64,000 nt of DNA from Planktothrix sp. GU0601_MAG3 (GTDB lineage: Bacteria > Cyanobacteriota > Cyanobacteriia > Cyanobacteriales > Microcoleaceae). Every line of letters begins with the position of its first letter. Positions within the stretch are counted from its first letter, which is position 1. The stretch lies in the NCBI GenBank assembly GCA_035193785.1, contig CP136572.1, positions 2,484,578 through 2,548,577 of the forward strand. The letters run 5' to 3'. The position numbers and the translations under genes are program-made. The notes under the pieces were generated by a model. That model was not told where the DNA came from and did not search any database. It saw only the letters and a list, made by a program, of their open reading frames with translations. Below are positions 31,461 through 44,022 of the stretch, in pieces.

Positions 31461-33170
31461 ATGAGTTATTGTTTTAATCCGAATTGTTCGAGTCCACAGA
31501 ATTATGATGATGGTAAGTTTTGTCAACATTGTGGTTCTAAATTATTACTAAGTTCTGTTTCTGATCAGGGTGAACCGATTATTTATCGAGGGATAAAACT
31601 AATTGGACAGGGGGGATTTGGTCGAACATTTTTAGCAGTTGATCAGAATCAAGCCACAACCTCCTATTGTGTGATTAAGCAATTTTTTCCTCAGAGTAGA
31701 AATACGGAAAAAGCCACGGAATTTTTTCAACAAGAAGCCGAACGATTACAAACCCTGGGACAACATCCCCAAATTCCCAAGGGTTTAGGTTATTTTCAAC
31801 AAGACGGCTATCAATATTTAGTCCAAGAGTTTATAGAAGGTAAAAATTTAGCTCAGGAATTACAAGAAAAAGGAGCTTTTGATCAAGAAAAAATTATGGT
31901 TATTTTAAAGGATTTATTGCCAGTTTTACAGTTTATTCACGAGCATAAAGTTATTCATAGAGATATTAAACCTGAAAATATTATTCGTCGGTTTGATACC
32001 CCAAAAATCACCGGAAATTTAGTTTTAGTGGACTTTGGAGCAGCTAAATTAGTCACGGGGGGAATGCTTCCCAAAACCGGAACTGTAATTGGTAGTGCGG
32101 CCTATACCGCCCCGGAACAATTAATGGGAAAAGCGGTTTTTGCCAGTGATTTATATAGTTTAGGGGTGACTTGTATTCATTTAATGACCAATGTTCCGCC
32201 CTTTGATTTGTTTGATGGTACGGAGGGAAATTGGGTTTGGCGAGATTATTTGAAAACCCCAGTTAGTGATCAATTAGGTTCTATTTTAGATAAAATGTTG
32301 CAGGGGGCAACCCGTTATCGCTACCATTCGGCGGCGGCAATATTACAACAAATTAATCCTAAACCGGATTATGTGCGGGCGATGCCGGGATTAACAATTA
32401 ATCCTGAAGTTGGGTTTAAACCGTTATTAGAACAGCCCAAATTAATTAGTCCTTCCCCAGATATTTCTATTGATAAAATTCCTCCAGAAAAACCGATTAA
32501 TAAAATCACTCAAATTCAAGAGGCAATTCAAAAGCGTTTAGAACCCTATGGAATTGTTCAGGTACAGGTGAATAAAACTCAGATCAATCAGTTAACAATT
32601 GTTTTAAATCGAGATGAAAATAGAGAGATTAAATATAAACAGTTAGTACCTGTGATTGGTTATGAATTAACTCATTTTCAACTGAATAGGATTGAGAAAG
32701 TTAAGATTTTAGGCAGGGTAAATAATAGGGAGGTTCCCGAATGGCAATCTTCGTTAAAAGTAGACCGAAAAACCCAGTGGAAGAATACAATTATTAGATT
32801 TCAAAATAATAATATTTTATCCCAATTATCCCAACTCCAATCCCCCTCATTTTGGATTAACCAAATCCGAAAGCGAGAATTTTGGATGGATACCTTAATG
32901 GCGGCAATGATTGTCTTTATTTTCACCGATAAAATTATTATCCTAAAACCGATAATATCGTTATTAATTGCGGGAGGATTTTGGGGGGTTAAATATCTGG
33001 TCAACCGTGCCTATCCCTTGAATCTCAATCAACTATTTATCACAATCACTACTTTGTTTTTGGTGTTCGGCTGGTTAGACTTAAGAATTTGGGTGCAGGG
33101 ATCTTTTGGTATAATCTTAGCGGGCTTGTTTATGTCCCTGCCTATTTTCTTTTCCCGCCATTCCTCTTAA
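31461..33170 (+). CDS. Ser/Thr protein kinase with N-terminal Zn ribbon and C-terminal TM helices
   Basis: YCFNPNC..FCQHCG, GQGGFG, HRDIKPEN, DFG, APE, SDLYSLG. Confidence 0.93.
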   Translation: MSYCFNPNCSSPQNYDDGKFCQHCGSKLLLSSVSDQGEPIIYRGIKLIGQGGFGRTFLAVDQNQATTSYCVIKQFFPQSRNTEKATEFFQQEAERLQTLGQHPQIPKGLGYFQQDGYQYLVQEFIEGKNLAQELQEKGAFDQEKIMVILKDLLPVLQFIHEHKVIHRDIKPENIIRRFDTPKITGNLVLVDFGAAKLVTGGMLPKTGTVIGSAAYTAPEQLMGKAVFASDLYSLGVTCIHLMTNVPPFDLFDGTEGNWVWRDYLKTPVSDQLGSILDKMLQGATRYRYHSAAAILQQINPKPDYVRAMPGLTINPEVGFKPLLEQPKLISPSPDISIDKIPPEKPINKITQIQEAIQKRLEPYGIVQVQVNKTQINQLTIVLNRDENREIKYKQLVPVIGYELTHFQLNRIEKVKILGRVNNREVPEWQSSLKVDRKTQWKNTIIRFQNNNILSQLSQLQSPSFWINQIRKREFWMDTLMAAMIVFIFTDKIIILKPIISLLIAGGFWGVKYLVNRAYPLNLNQLFITITTLFLVFGWLDLRIWVQGSFGIILAGLFMSLPIFFSRHSS

Positions 33171-33186
33171 CCTAAGCTTAAACAAC

Positions 33187-33850
33187 GTGCCATTGATTCC
33201 CCCCCAACCCAGTTACGGTTTAGCCATCCATACCAGTAGTCCTGATTTGGGGTTAGCCATCAGTAATTTTCAGGATGTTAAACGCTGTCAATCCTGGGCG
33301 TTAGGACGGGATTTATCCACCCACTTACACCAGTATTTATCAGACTTTATTCAACCTCAAACCTGGTCAGATTTAGCCTGGATTTCGGTGGCTAAAGGGC
33401 CAGGAAGTTTCACCGGAACAAGGATTGGGGTAGTTACTGCCCGTACCCTAGCCCAACAGTTGAAAATTCCGATTTTTGCTATTTCTAGTTTAGCTGCGAT
33501 CGCCCAAAAAGAACAGTTTAACTTGATACAAAATCAAGATAAAAATTCAGTGATTGCCCTGGAAATGCGGGCGCAAAGGGGTCAACTATTTGTAGCAATT
33601 TATGGTAAAAATAGAGAAACTAATTTGGGTGTAGTTCCCCTATTAACCGATAGGGTTATGTCCCCCCAACAGTGGGAACAAACCTTAGCCTCTTGGGACA
33701 GTCCCTATCATCGGGTGCAGATAGAATCAGGGTTAGGAGAAACCGCCATCCAATTACTAGAAACTAGGGTATTTAGATAGGAAATCAGGAAAACAATCCC
33801 ACTGGTCAGAAGCTCTACCCTATTACGGACAACATCCCGTAGATCTCTAA
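33187..33850 (+). CDS. tsaB: tRNA t6A biosynthesis protein TsaB (frameshift at ~33760)
   Basis: LAIHTS, GPGSFTGTRIG; corrected tail ends ALPYYGQHPVDL. Confidence 0.9.
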
Positions 33851-33870
33851 AAAAATTCTGGAAAAATGTC

Positions 33871-34816
33871 ATGTTGAGCATAATTAATTCCTCTGAGTAT
33901 TTGACCGATTTATTCCGTAACTTAGCCATAAACAATCTCCTAATTCAAGCTCCACCCGCTCCAGAAATAGCCACCAAAATAAATATCTTACAGGCGTTTT
34001 TTTTGGGATTAATTCAAGGAATAACGGAATTTTTACCCATTAGTAGTACCGCCCATTTAAAAGTCATTCCAGTCATGTTAGGATGGGGAGATCCAGGGAG
34101 TGCCTTTACCGCTATTATTCAGTTAGGAAGTATTGCGGCGGTGGTGGGTTTTTTTTGGCAGGATTTAACTCAAGTGGTCACGGGTTCCTGGCAAGCTATT
34201 CAAAAAAAAGATTATGATTCCGTAGACTTCCGTTTGGCTTTAGGAATTGCTTTAGGTACAATTCCAATTGTATTTTTTGGGCTTCTAATTAAAGTCCTAA
34301 TTCCTGATTATGATAACTCTCCTTTGCGGAGTATGGTAGTGATTGCTGCTGCTTCTATTCTGATGGCGTTTTTATTAGGATTAGCGGAAAAAATAGGCAG
34401 CAGAAAACGTGATTTTGAACATCTAACACCGCGAGATGGAGTATTAATGGGATTGGCGCAAACCTTAGCATTAATTCCAGGGGTATCTCGTTCAGGTTCT
34501 ACCATTACCGCCGGATTATTCTTAGGTTTAGAAACGGGCAACCGCCGCCCGATTTTCCTTTTTATTAGGAATTCCAGCCATTACCTTAGCCGGAGTGGTG
34601 GAATTAAAAGCGGTACTGATTGATGGCATTGGAAATATAGAAATCTTTCCTCTTTTAGTAGGTTTAATTTCCGCCACGATTTTTTCCTATTTATCCATTG
34701 CCTGGTTAATTCGGTATTTACAAAGAAAAAGTACCTGGATTTTTGTTTGGTATCGTCTCGCCTTTGGAGTGGCTATTCTAGCGGCGGTATTAGGAGGTGC
34801 ATTAAAAAATATTTAG
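33871..34816 (+). CDS. uppP: Undecaprenyl-diphosphate phosphatase (frameshift at ~34531)
   Basis: QGITEFLPISSTAH, PGVSRSGST, ER.TAARFSFLL after correction. Confidence 0.93.
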
Positions 34817-34833
34817 TTTATAATTATAATTCC

Positions 34834-34909
34834 GTAGAGACGTGCCACGGCGCGTCTCTCTGTATTCGTAATTCGTAATTCGTAATTCATAATTCGTAAT
34901 TCGTAATTC
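34834..34909. repeat. REP-like palindrome GTAGAGACGTGCCACGGCGCGTCTCT followed by heptamer (TTCGTAA)n
   Basis: A reverse-complement copy of the palindrome is at ~45450-45475. Confidence 0.8.
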
Positions 34910-34912
34910 CCT

Positions 34913-36235
34913 ATGATTAATCCCGCGAAAATTACCACCGTATTACCCGATTCCATCGCAGCAGAAATTGGCTTTGAACCTGGGGATGCCATTATTTCCA
35001 TCAACGGACAACAACCCCGAGATTTAATTGATTATCAATTTTTGTGTGCCGATGAATTTTTAGAATTAGAAGTATTAGATACCCAGGGAAAAACCCATCA
35101 AGTCGAAATAGAAAAAGAATATGATCAGGATTTAGGATTAGAATTTCAATCCGCTTTATTTGATGGATTAATTCAATGTAATAATCGTTGTCCCTTTTGT
35201 TTTATCGATCAACAACCCCCCGGAAAACGGGAAACCCTGTATTTCAAAGATGACGATTATCGCCTGAGTTTTCTCTATGGTTCCTATTTAACCTTAACCA
35301 ATTTATCGCCAAAAGAATGGGATAGAATCGCTCAAATGCGCCTTTCCCCCCTGTATGTTTCCGTCCACGCCACCGAACCCGATATCAGGATTCAGTTATT
35401 AAAAAATCCCCGGGCAGGACAAATTTTAGATCAACTCAAATGGTTTAAAAAAAATCGCTTACAAATTCATGCTCAAGTTGTTGTTTGCCCCGGAATTAAT
35501 GATGGTAAACACCTAGAAAAAACAATTTTAGATTTAGCCCAATTTCATCGCGGAAGAATCCCCACCGTTGCCTCCATTGCCGTTGTTCCGGTGGGGTTAA
35601 CTCGCTTTCGTCCCAACCAAGATGAATTAATTCCCGTAACCCCCGAAAAAGCCCAAGAAATTATTACCCAAGTTCAAACTTTACAACAAAAATTTCAACA
35701 GGAATTAGGGTCAACCTGTGTTTGGATTGCCGATGAACTCTTTTTAATTGCCGGGGCAGAATTACCCCCCGAATCCCATTATCAAGACTATCCTCAAATT
35801 GGTAATGGAGTGGGTTCCATTCGCAAATTTATCAAAGAATTTGAACAAGCGGTAAAAGACTATCCGATTCAATCTTGTTCTACCCCCCATCAGTTTACTT
35901 GGGTGGTGGGAAATGCGGTAGAAAAAGCCTTTCAACCCTTGGTAAACTCCTTAAATGAAATTTCAGGACTAACGGTTAATCTGGTGGCCTTAGCCAGTCA
36001 ATATTGGGGTCAGGAAATCACCGTAACTGGTCTATTAACCGGACAGGATTTGCGACAAAAATTAACCGGAAAAATATTAGGAGATGGCATTTTATTACCC
36101 TCAGTCATGCTCAAACAAGGAGAGGCAATCTTTCTCGATGATATGACCTTAGCAGAACTCTCTGAACAACTGCAAATTCCCATTTTTCCCGTCAGTAATG
36201 TTCAAGAATTGCTCTCAATAGCCCTGGGAGATTAA
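34913..36235 (+). CDS. PDZ + radical-SAM-like protein (TIGR03279 / DUF512)
   Basis: N-terminal PDZ-like domain; CNNRCPFC; KDDDYRLSFLYG; TVTGLLTGQD. Confidence 0.88.
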   Translation: MINPAKITTVLPDSIAAEIGFEPGDAIISINGQQPRDLIDYQFLCADEFLELEVLDTQGKTHQVEIEKEYDQDLGLEFQSALFDGLIQCNNRCPFCFIDQQPPGKRETLYFKDDDYRLSFLYGSYLTLTNLSPKEWDRIAQMRLSPLYVSVHATEPDIRIQLLKNPRAGQILDQLKWFKKNRLQIHAQVVVCPGINDGKHLEKTILDLAQFHRGRIPTVASIAVVPVGLTRFRPNQDELIPVTPEKAQEIITQVQTLQQKFQQELGSTCVWIADELFLIAGAELPPESHYQDYPQIGNGVGSIRKFIKEFEQAVKDYPIQSCSTPHQFTWVVGNAVEKAFQPLVNSLNEISGLTVNLVALASQYWGQEITVTGLLTGQDLRQKLTGKILGDGILLPSVMLKQGEAIFLDDMTLAELSEQLQIPIFPVSNVQELLSIALGD

Positions 36236-36346
36236 CCGATAGAAAGGTAAATTAATCCCTTTGATTTAACAGTTAGATTAATTTTCCCTACAGGAGTGTC
36301 AAAATAGAGAAAAATAACTATCCAGTAAATTTTTTCCCGGAGGACA

Positions 36347-39300
36347 ATGGCATTTTCCGAAGCGGTTGCACTTTCTTCTCCCACCGACTGTATTAATCGC
36401 AATTTTCTCAGGGTATTTCCCCATAACTCAGTCCTGGATGTGATCCAACAAATGACTCAAGATCCCGATGGGGTTAACCTCAAACCACATCCTAACTGTG
36501 TTTTGGTCTTGGATGATCAACAATTGGTGGGGCTATTGACGGAACGGGATTTTGTTAAATTGGCGACCCAGGGGCGAAATTTACAGGGGACAACCGTGGC
36601 GGAGGTGATGACACGGCCAGTGATTACGGTTCGGGAACAGGAGATTAAAGAACCTCTGGAGATGATTTCGATTTTACGTCAACATCGAATTCGTCACTTA
36701 CCGATTGTGGATGAACAAGGGCAACCCGTGGGAATTGTCACCCCCGAGAGTATTCGGGAAATATTGAAACCCGCAGATATTCTCAAGTGTCGAACTGTTC
36801 AAGAAGTTATGGTACAAACTGTAATTAGTAGTTCCTTAAAAACCAGTGTATTACAGTTAGCCCAACTGATGACTAAACATCAAGTTAGTTGTGTGGTGAT
36901 TGGCAAAAAAATTGCGGATCAAAAAATCCGTCCCTTGGGAATTGTGACGGAACGGGATATCCTCAAACTCCAAGCTTTACAACGGGATTTGAACCAATTA
37001 CAGGCCGAACAGGTGATGAGTCATCCCTTATGTTTAATTGATGCCAATGCTTCACTTTGGGAGGCACATCAAGCGATGAAACAAAGAAAAATTCGGCGGT
37101 TAGTAATTATCAATGAACAGGGATATTTAACGGGGTTAGTCACTCAAACCACGATTTTAAAAGCTATTGATTTGAATGAAATTCATGCGGTTATTTCCGT
37201 ATTAAAACAACAATATAAACAACTTAAAAGCGAAAAAATTAACTTATTAAAGACTTTAAATTCTGATTTAGAAAAAGAAGCTAATAGCAATATTAATAAA
37301 CTAAAAGAACAACATAAAAGATCTCAACTCTTAGGGGATACGGTGTTAAGAATTAGATCTGCTTTGAGTTTAGATGAGATGTTGAATGCCACCGTCACCG
37401 AAGTTCGTCAATTGTTGCAATGCGATCGGGTGATTATTGAGTGTTCAGCAGCAGAGAATCATCGAAAAATGATTGTAGAATCGATTGCACCGCCTCAAGA
37501 ATTAATATTTAATCCTACGGGAATTAATTTTTTTGATTCCTGCGATCTGATTCCCTATGATTTAGTAATTCCGATTGGCGTAGACCATCAAGTATGGGGA
37601 TTTTTAGTAGCTCAGAATTGGCATAATATTCGACCCTGGGAACCGGAAGAACGGGAATTTTTAGAAACCTTATCCGTTCATGTTGCCTTGGGAATTCAAC
37701 AAGCAACTCTCCTAGATCAAGTTCAAAAAGCTAATCGAGAACTCGAAGCCCAAGTTCAAGAAAGAACGGCTGAGTTAGAACAAACCAATCAACAATTAAG
37801 ACAGGAATTAGATCGAATTAAACAAGCCAAAGCCTCGTTAAAACAACAGGAAGCAATTCTCAGGAGTTTTTATAATTCTTCCCCAATGATGATGGGGGTA
37901 GTTGAACTGTTGGAAACGGATATTTTGCATTTATCCGATAATGCAGCAACGGCTAAATTTCTAGGCAAAAATACAGAGGATATTCAAGATAAATTAGCCA
38001 GCGAATTAGGGATAAGTTTTGAGGATATCCAAAATTGGATTAACTATTATCGAGAAAGTCAACGTTTAGGAAAACCCCTCCAGTTTGAGTATGAATATAC
38101 TCGAGATCACGAGACAAAGCAATGGTTATTAGCAACGGTTTCCTATATTGGTTTATCCGAACAGCATCGTCCTCGGTTTTCTTATATTATTGAGGATATT
38201 AGTGATCGCAAACGGGATGAAAAATCCCTACGACTATATGAACGAATTTTTGCAACTACTGGAGATGCAATTTGTTTATTAGATCAGAACTATATTCATC
38301 AAGTGGTAAATCCCGCTTACCTGTACTTGGTGAATCTATCCTTAGAGCAGATAATTGGTCATTCTATTTCTGATATTTTAGGAATTGAAGAATTTAATAA
38401 AAAAAGCAAACCTTATTTGGATCAATGTTTGACCGGGGAAGTAATTACACAGGAGTCTTGGGTAGATATACCAAGGGGAAAACGATATTTGAGACGGACT
38501 TATACCCCCTATTTAGATGAACAGAACATCATCTGTGGCATTGTGGCTAGTATTCAAGATTTAACCCCTTTAAAAGAAACTCAAAACGCCCTCAAACACA
38601 ATGAAGAACTATTTGCTTTAACCATACAACACGCCCCCGATGTCTTTGTGATTTATGATGCGGAACGGCGATTTGAATATATCAATTCACGCACCATAGA
38701 ACGCACAGGATTCCCCAAAGAAAAATTTATTGGTTATCGAGATGAGGACGTTTATCCCCCAGAAGTTTATTCCCAATACCTGCCATTATTAACTCAAACC
38801 ATAACTACAAAAACCTTGCAAATTGGGGAATTTACCTTGCAACTTCCCGGGCTAGAACCCTATATGATTGTGGTTAAATATGTACCAGTTTTAGATAATC
38901 GGGGGGAGATCGAACAAATTTTAGGCATGACCTTTGATATTGGCGATCGCAAACGGATTGAGGAAACATTACGTCAACGGGAAGCCCAATTAAAAGCCCT
39001 AGCTGATAACATTCCTGGGGCAATTTATACCTATGTAAAATGTCCTAATGGGTCTAGTTTTGTTGAATATATGAGTGATGGTTGTTTAGAAGTTTTAGGC
39101 TGGAGTGCGGAGCAAATTATTAATAATCATCAAATTTTAGCCCAGGGGATTCACCCTGAAGATCTGCGGGAAAATCGAGCTAAACTAGCTGAGAGTGCCG
39201 CCGGATTAACTCCCCTATTTTATGAGTTACGATATCGGATGCCTAATGGGTCTTTAAAATGGATTGCAGAGGCTTCCCGTCCCGAACGTCGAGACAATGG

Positions 39301-41318
39301 AGATATTGCTTGGCAAGGGGTAATTTTAGATGTGAGCGATCGCAAAAGAACCGAATTAAAATTAGGAGAAATTAGCGATCGCCTGAATTTCTTACTTAAT
39401 TATTCTCCCATTGTCATTTTAAGTTGTCAGGCTGAAGGCGATTATCCGATTACTTTTATTAGTAGAAATGTTCAGGATATTGTCGGCTATGAACCTGAAA
39501 TATTTTTAGAAGATTCTAGCTTTTGGATTGAACATATTCACCCCGATGATCGGGAAAAGATTTTAACCAACTTAGCCACTAAATTTACGGAAGATTCTTA
39601 TATCCATGAATATCGCTGGCTAAAAGCTGATGGTCACTATAGTTGGTTTCTCACACAGTTAAGAAAAGTCAAAGATGCGGCGGGAAATGTGACCGAAATG
39701 TTAGGGTACTTAATTGATATTAGCGATCGCAAAACCTTAGAACAGGAATTAGCCACATTACTCGAACAAGAAACCCGTCGTAGCGAAGAACTCACCCAGA
39801 AAAATATCGCCCTAGAAACAAGCCCGAAGGGATGCCGAAATCGCCAATCAAGCTAAAAGTGAATTTTTAGCTAATATGAGCCATGAAATCAGAACCCCGA
39901 TGAATGCGATTTTAGGGTTTACGGATTTATTACAATCGGTTGTGAGCGATCAGAAAGCCCGACCTTATTTAGAAGCCATTATTGCCGGAGGTCGCACCCT
40001 ATTAGCCTTAATTAATGATATTCTGGATTTGTCTAAAATTGAAGCGGGTAAACTAGAGTTAAATTATGCCCCCGTTAATTTGCGGGTTATGATTCAAGAA
40101 ATTCAACAAATTTTTCAGCCTAAAGCATTAGGAAAAGGGTTAATTTTAGAAACCCACATTGATGACAAACTACCCCAAACCCTCTATATTGATGAAACTC
40201 GATTACGTCAAATTTTGTTTAATGCGATTGGTAATGCACTCAAATTTACAGAAACCGGATATGTTAATATTTATGCGCGTACTCAGCCCTATTTTGTCTT
40301 CAACGGTGAAAAATTTTGGTTAGAAATCACCATTGAGGATACGGGAATTGGTATTGCTCATGATCAGCAAAATCGGATTTTTGAAGCCTTCGTTCAAAGT
40401 GCTGGACAAAGTAACCGGAAGTATGGCGGAACGGGTTTAGGATTGGCTATTACCCAACGTTTAACCCAGATGATGGGAGGGACGGTATTGCTGCAAAGTC
40501 AACTCGGAAAAGGCAGTATTTTTACCTTTGTATTTCCCGAGGTTTCCCCGGCTCAAAATCAAATGGATTCCGAATCAAATTTGAAAGAGGATCGCAATCT
40601 TAATCAGTTTTATCCTAGTAAAATTTTAGTGGTTGATGATGTAGAATCAAACCGGGAATTGATGCAGGGATATTTTGCGGAAACTCACCATAGATTATGG
40701 TTAGCTGAGAATGGAAAACAGGCTATTTATCAGGCAAAATCCCATCAGCCTGATTTAATTTTGTTGGATTTAAGAATGCCAGAAATGGACGGAAAAGCCG
40801 TGGCGGAATATCTCAAACAGGATCAAAAAACCCAACATATTCCGATTGTAATTATTACGGCGTATTATCAGATTGAAGATTCACTCGAACTGAGTAAAAA
40901 TTATCAAGGATGTTTAATTAAACCCGTTAGTTTAACCCAATTAGTGACGGAATTAAAAAAACATTTACTCCTAAAAACTGAGGAATATAATCTGGAAAAA
41001 GAACCAAATCAAAAAACAGAAAATTGCTTGGTTTTTCCATCTTTGATGATCGGAGCAACCGAGAGAAAAGAACTGTTATTAAACCTGGAACGGGAGGAGG
41101 AACAGGTCTGGAATTCCTTAAAAAATACTTTGAAAACCCGGGATTTGCAGCAGTTTGTTCAACGGCTGGAAACCTGGGGAAAACAGTATCAATATCAGCC
41201 CTTAATTGAATATGCTAAGACCCTAGAAACACAGATAGAAGCATTTGATTGGAATAGTATTCCAGAAACGGTGAATGCTTTTCCCCATATTCGAGAAACT
41301 TTAAAAATTAATTTTTAA
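36347..41318 (+). CDS. Hybrid histidine kinase: 4xCBS - GAF - multiple PAS/PAC - HisKA - HATPase - REC (frameshift at ~39815)
   Basis: TERD CBS motifs; repeated DISDRK PAC ends; corrected [27 protein letters not shown]; receiver LLDLRMP. Confidence 0.9.
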
Positions 41319-41333
41319 TCAGGAGTTAAACCC

Positions 41334-42272
41334 ATGAAGTTAGAATCATTTATCCCAGAAAACTTTTTAGTTTTGATTGTTGATGATATTACTAATAATC
41401 TCAAATTAGTGGGAAGAATACTTGATGAAGCGGGCTATAATACCACCTTTGCTATTAGTGGTTATCAAGCCTTGAATCGGTTAAAAAACAATAAAATAGA
41501 TTTAATTTTATTGGATTTAATGATGCCAGAAATGGATGGCTTGGAGGTGTGTCAATTTATCAAGAAAGATCCGAACTTAGAAGAGGTTAAAATTATTTTT
41601 TTAACGGCTAGTTATGAAGAAGAAAATTTGATTAATGCCTTTGAATTAGGGGCGGTGGATTATATTACAAAACCGTTTATCAAAAATGAATTATTGGCAC
41701 GGGTAAAAACCCATTTAACCCTAAAACAAACGACAGATAATTTAAAAAGAGCCCTGTTAAAACTTCAACAATTATCCCAACTTGACCCCCTGACTGAAAT
41801 TTTAAATCGCCGGAGTTTTTTTGAATATGCCGAAGCTCAATTCCAGCGTTCAAAGCAGGATAAAAGTGTATTTTCTTTACTGATCTTAGATTTAGACTAT
41901 TTTAAAAAAATCAATGATAATTATGGTCATTTGACGGGCGATCGCACTTTAATAACTTTTACTTTAGCCATTCAAAATTATCTGAGAGAATCTGATTATT
42001 TTGGACGCTATGGAGGAGAGGAATTTATAATTTTACTCCCAGAAACTAATCAGGAAGATGCCCAAAAAATTGCCCAGGAAATTTGTGATTTGATTGCTCA
42101 CCTTTCCATTCCCACTGTTCAAGGGAATTTACAGATCACAGTCAGTATTGGGGTCGCGGTTTTTAGATCCCAGGATACTCGAATTGAGGATATTTTTGAT
42201 CGGGCTGATCAATGTCTATACCAAGCCAAAGCCCGGGGAAGAAATACTTGTTACGCCGAACAATCCCCATGA
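41334..42272 (+). CDS. REC-GGDEF diguanylate cyclase
   Basis: Receiver LLDLMMP; DPLT, FKKINDNYGH, RYGGEEF. Confidence 0.93.
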   Translation: MKLESFIPENFLVLIVDDITNNLKLVGRILDEAGYNTTFAISGYQALNRLKNNKIDLILLDLMMPEMDGLEVCQFIKKDPNLEEVKIIFLTASYEEENLINAFELGAVDYITKPFIKNELLARVKTHLTLKQTTDNLKRALLKLQQLSQLDPLTEILNRRSFFEYAEAQFQRSKQDKSVFSLLILDLDYFKKINDNYGHLTGDRTLITFTLAIQNYLRESDYFGRYGGEEFIILLPETNQEDAQKIAQEICDLIAHLSIPTVQGNLQITVSIGVAVFRSQDTRIEDIFDRADQCLYQAKARGRNTCYAEQSP

Positions 42273-42440
42273 CAAATATCCATTCAAGTTAACGGTGGAG
42301 ATCCGGGAATGGGTAATGGGTTTTGGGTAATGGGTTTTGGGTAATGGGAAGGAAGGAGAATTGGGTTTAAATTTTCTTCTTGTCTCCTGGTATTGCTAAA
42401 CTGGGAACAATCAATATTTTAATCGCGGAGGATTCTATTT

Positions 42441-42827
42441 GTGGACTGGCGAGTTAGAGCCATTCGTGGCGCAACGACGGTTTCAGAAAATTCAGTTGCC
42501 GCCATTCGAGAAGCGGTCATAGAATTATTAGATGAATTGGAAACCCGCAATCAACTTGATCCTCATGAAATTATTAGTATGACATTTTCTGTAACTAAAG
42601 ATTTAGATGCAATTTTTCCCGCCGCCATTGCCCGGGAACGTCCCCTCTGGCACAATGTTCCTTTATTAGATGTTCAACAAATGTACGTCGTAGGTAGTTT
42701 AGAAAAATGTATTCGCTTCTTAGTTCATGTTAACTTACCCAGTCATCAAACCCAAGTTTATCACCCCTATTTAAGAGCAGCAGGAAATCTCCGTCCCGAC
42801 TGGAATTTAAACCCAGTTCATTCTTAA
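42441..42827 (+). CDS. aroH: Chorismate mutase AroH
   Basis: VRAIRGATT, FPAAIAR, CIRFL, YLR.A..LRPD. Confidence 0.95.
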   Translation: MDWRVRAIRGATTVSENSVAAIREAVIELLDELETRNQLDPHEIISMTFSVTKDLDAIFPAAIARERPLWHNVPLLDVQQMYVVGSLEKCIRFLVHVNLPSHQTQVYHPYLRAAGNLRPDWNLNPVHS

Positions 42828-42946
42828 TAAACGGAGAATGGGGAATAGGCAATGGGCAATATTTTATCCCTTATTTTCTATTCCCTATCCCTTCTTAAAA
42901 CCCATGTTAGGAACCCGAGACTTACACCGGATCAGCAACAATAGGC

Positions 42947-43915
42947 TTACTCTTTTTCCGTTGCCAAAGTAACCGAATTTGATTTGCGATCGCGCCACCA
43001 AGCTAACATTGTACTGGCAATAAAAATACTAGAATAGGCTCCAGCAGTGAATCCAACTAATAGGGCTAAAGCAAAATATTTTAGGGTGTCACCGCCAAAT
43101 AGGAAAATACAAGTTAAGGGTAATAGGGTGGTTAAAGTCGTATTAATAGACCGGGTTAAAGTTTGTTCTACCGCATCATCAACTACTTGATTAATATGTA
43201 GATCAGGATTTCGGGCAATCACTTCCCGAACCCGGTCATAAATTACCACCGTATCGTTAACAGAAAATCCTACAATTGTCAAGAGAGAAACCAGAAATAA
43301 ACTATCAACTTCTACCCCTAAAACTAGGCCTAAAATTGAAAAAATTCCTACGGTAACTAGAACATCATGGAATAAAGCAACAAAGGCAAAAAAGGCATAA
43401 TCCAACCTAAACCGAAAGGTTAAATAAACCGTAATTCCGGCAAAAGATAAGAGTAAAGCCGTTAATCCAGAGATAAAAATTTGACGGCCAACGGTGGGGC
43501 CAACGGTATCAATTTGAATCCCTTTTGGGTCGAAGGCTCCAATTTTTTGACTTAAAGTTGCTTGTAAACTTGTTCGTTCTTCAACATTTAAGGTTTTTGT
43601 GCGAATCGAAACAATTTGTTTATCTTTTTTAGCCGAATCTTTATCTAATAGTTGAATCGAACTATTTGCTAAACCCTGACTCGCTAAAACTTCCCGAACT
43701 TGAGTAATATCAATCGGGCGATCACAATTATTTGGAACTGAACAATCTAGTTCTAATTGTAGACGAGTTCCTCCCACAAAATCCAAAGCCGGACGTAACG
43801 GAGCGCCAATATCTGGCCGACTCCAAGAAATTCCCATAGCGATGATTCCCACCAGAATAATCGCACCGGAAATCGCCCACCATAGGTTGCGTTGTTTAAT
43901 AACACTAAAAGCCAT
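42947..43915 (-). CDS. secF: Protein translocase subunit SecF
   Basis: [29 protein letters not shown]. Confidence 0.96.
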   Translation of the reverse strand: MAFSVIKQRNLWWAISGAIILVGIIAMGISWSRPDIGAPLRPALDFVGGTRLQLELDCSVPNNCDRPIDITQVREVLASQGLANSSIQLLDKDSAKKDKQIVSIRTKTLNVEERTSLQATLSQKIGAFDPKGIQIDTVGPTVGRQIFISGLTALLLSFAGITVYLTFRFRLDYAFFAFVALFHDVLVTVGIFSILGLVLGVEVDSLFLVSLLTIVGFSVNDTVVIYDRVREVIARNPDLHINQVVDDAVEQTLTRSINTTLTTLLPLTCIFLFGGDTLKYFALALLVGFTAGAYSSIFIASTMLAWWRDRKSNSVTLATEKE

Positions 43916-44022
43916 AAATTAGTTATCAGTTATCAGTTATCAGTGTAAGAGTAATCAGCAATCAGTTGTAGGGGCGAGAAAACCTCGCCCGTCAGAGTAA
44001 TCTGATAACTGATTACTGACCA

